Shown one piece after another: positions 63,150 to 64,000 of a stretch of 64,000 nt of DNA. Numbering within the stretch: the first letter of the stretch is position 1; every line of letters starts with the position of its first letter. The DNA is from Hemiscyllium ocellatum (taxonomy: Eukaryota). The stretch lies in NCBI RefSeq assembly GCF_020745735.1, contig NC_083409.1, positions 12,281,423 through 12,345,422 of the forward strand, given 5' to 3'. The position numbers were made by a program, and so were the translations under genes. The notes under the pieces are model-generated. The model saw only the letters and a program-made list of their open reading frames with translations, had not been told where the DNA came from and did no database searches.

Positions 63150-64000
63150 TATTAGATACAGCTGGGCTTTGGAGAAATATTGGGCAGATAGAGTAGAATG
63201 TGGGAGACATGAATCACAAAGTTAGTACACAGCTACAGCAAGTGAATCCGGAGGCAGATGGAGTGTTGGTGCTCCTTGTAAAGGGAATGCAATCTAAAAG
63301 CAGGGACGTTTACTGCAGCTGTACAGGGGTTAAGGTTAGGAGCTTAGTGTGAGCACATCTGAAGTATGGTGTCCAGCATCAGGCTCCTTTTTGAATAAAA
63401 GACAGGAATTGCATTGGATGTAGTTCAGAGATAATTTCCTTGACTGATTCCTGGTATAGAGTGATTGTCTTATGAGCAAAGGTCTAACAGGTTTGGAATC
63501 TGATCCCTGGAGTTTAGAAGAATGAGAGGTAATCACATTGAAATGTATAGAATTCTTAAGGGGCTTGACAGGGGAAATACTGGATGTTTCTCTTCATGGG
63601 AGAATAAGGGCAACACAGAAAACCACTGAATAACCAGTAGGACAGTATCCAGAACATAAGATGACCAGAAAGCTGAACTGTATCTATTTTAATGTAAGGC
63701 ACTTGACTAGTAAGGCGGTTGAACTGAGAGCATTGAGCAGCATGTGGGAATATCACATTGTTGCAATTGCTGAGACATGATTGAAGAAAGATAGGACTGG
63801 CAGCTCAACATTCCAGGGTAGAGAAGTCTCAGGTGGGATAGAGGGAATGCAGGACAGGTGGGTGTATTGCATTATTGATAAAGGACACCATCACTGCGGG
63901 AGTGAAGGTGTACTTCTGGGAAAGCTCTTCAAAGGAGGCCATCTGGGTAGAGCTTGATATAAAAAAAGGACAATCACTTTGCTGGGATTATACTACAGGC
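63150..64000 (+). mobile_element. CR1 fragments (3' RT part and endonuclease start)
   Basis: HLKYGVQ-like, gtttagaagaatgagagg; IVAIAET..., GG.ALLIKD endonuclease motifs at 63730-63890. Confidence 0.7.

Noticed and set aside
1-64000. CRISPR arrays, rRNA, tRNA or prokaryotic systems
   Set aside because: Tandem arrays here lack unique spacers, tRNA-like boxes belong to SINE heads, and the sequence is vertebrate with spliceosomal introns.

Overview
Eukaryotic, repeat-dense DNA from a cartilaginous fish; the SINE/CR1/Penelope repertoire suggests an orectolobiform shark (inference). The window holds a decayed immunoglobulin kappa-type (nurse-shark NS4-like) light-chain cluster on the minus strand: promoter, leader exon (44648-44696), V exon (44176-44461, 11-nt FR1 frameshift), a broken 12-RSS, an intact 23-RSS with J (43628-43701), a 9.5-kb J-C intron, and three constant-exon copies (C3 33797-34135, C2 ~18215-18608, remnant C1 5337-5425), each with a different lesion. 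I found only one V-J. The extra C copies sit in ~13-15 kb tandem units that also carry a conserved IRF/E-box/31-bp-spaced CCAAT module, a duplicated block with a CTCF motif and a 97%-identical 161-bp island, and a decayed, apparently intronless RNase L-like (pseudokinase + KEN nuclease) sequence on the opposite strand (~23960-24660). A recent 175-bp copy of the V-RSS flank is inserted into an old LINE in the J-C intron. The rest is mostly CR1/L2/Penelope LINE fragments, SINEs and mini/microsatellites, including one young CR1 with an intact RT frame. No intact host protein-coding gene is supported. All alignments and identities were done by eye, and family assignments rely on recalled consensus motifs, not database searches.
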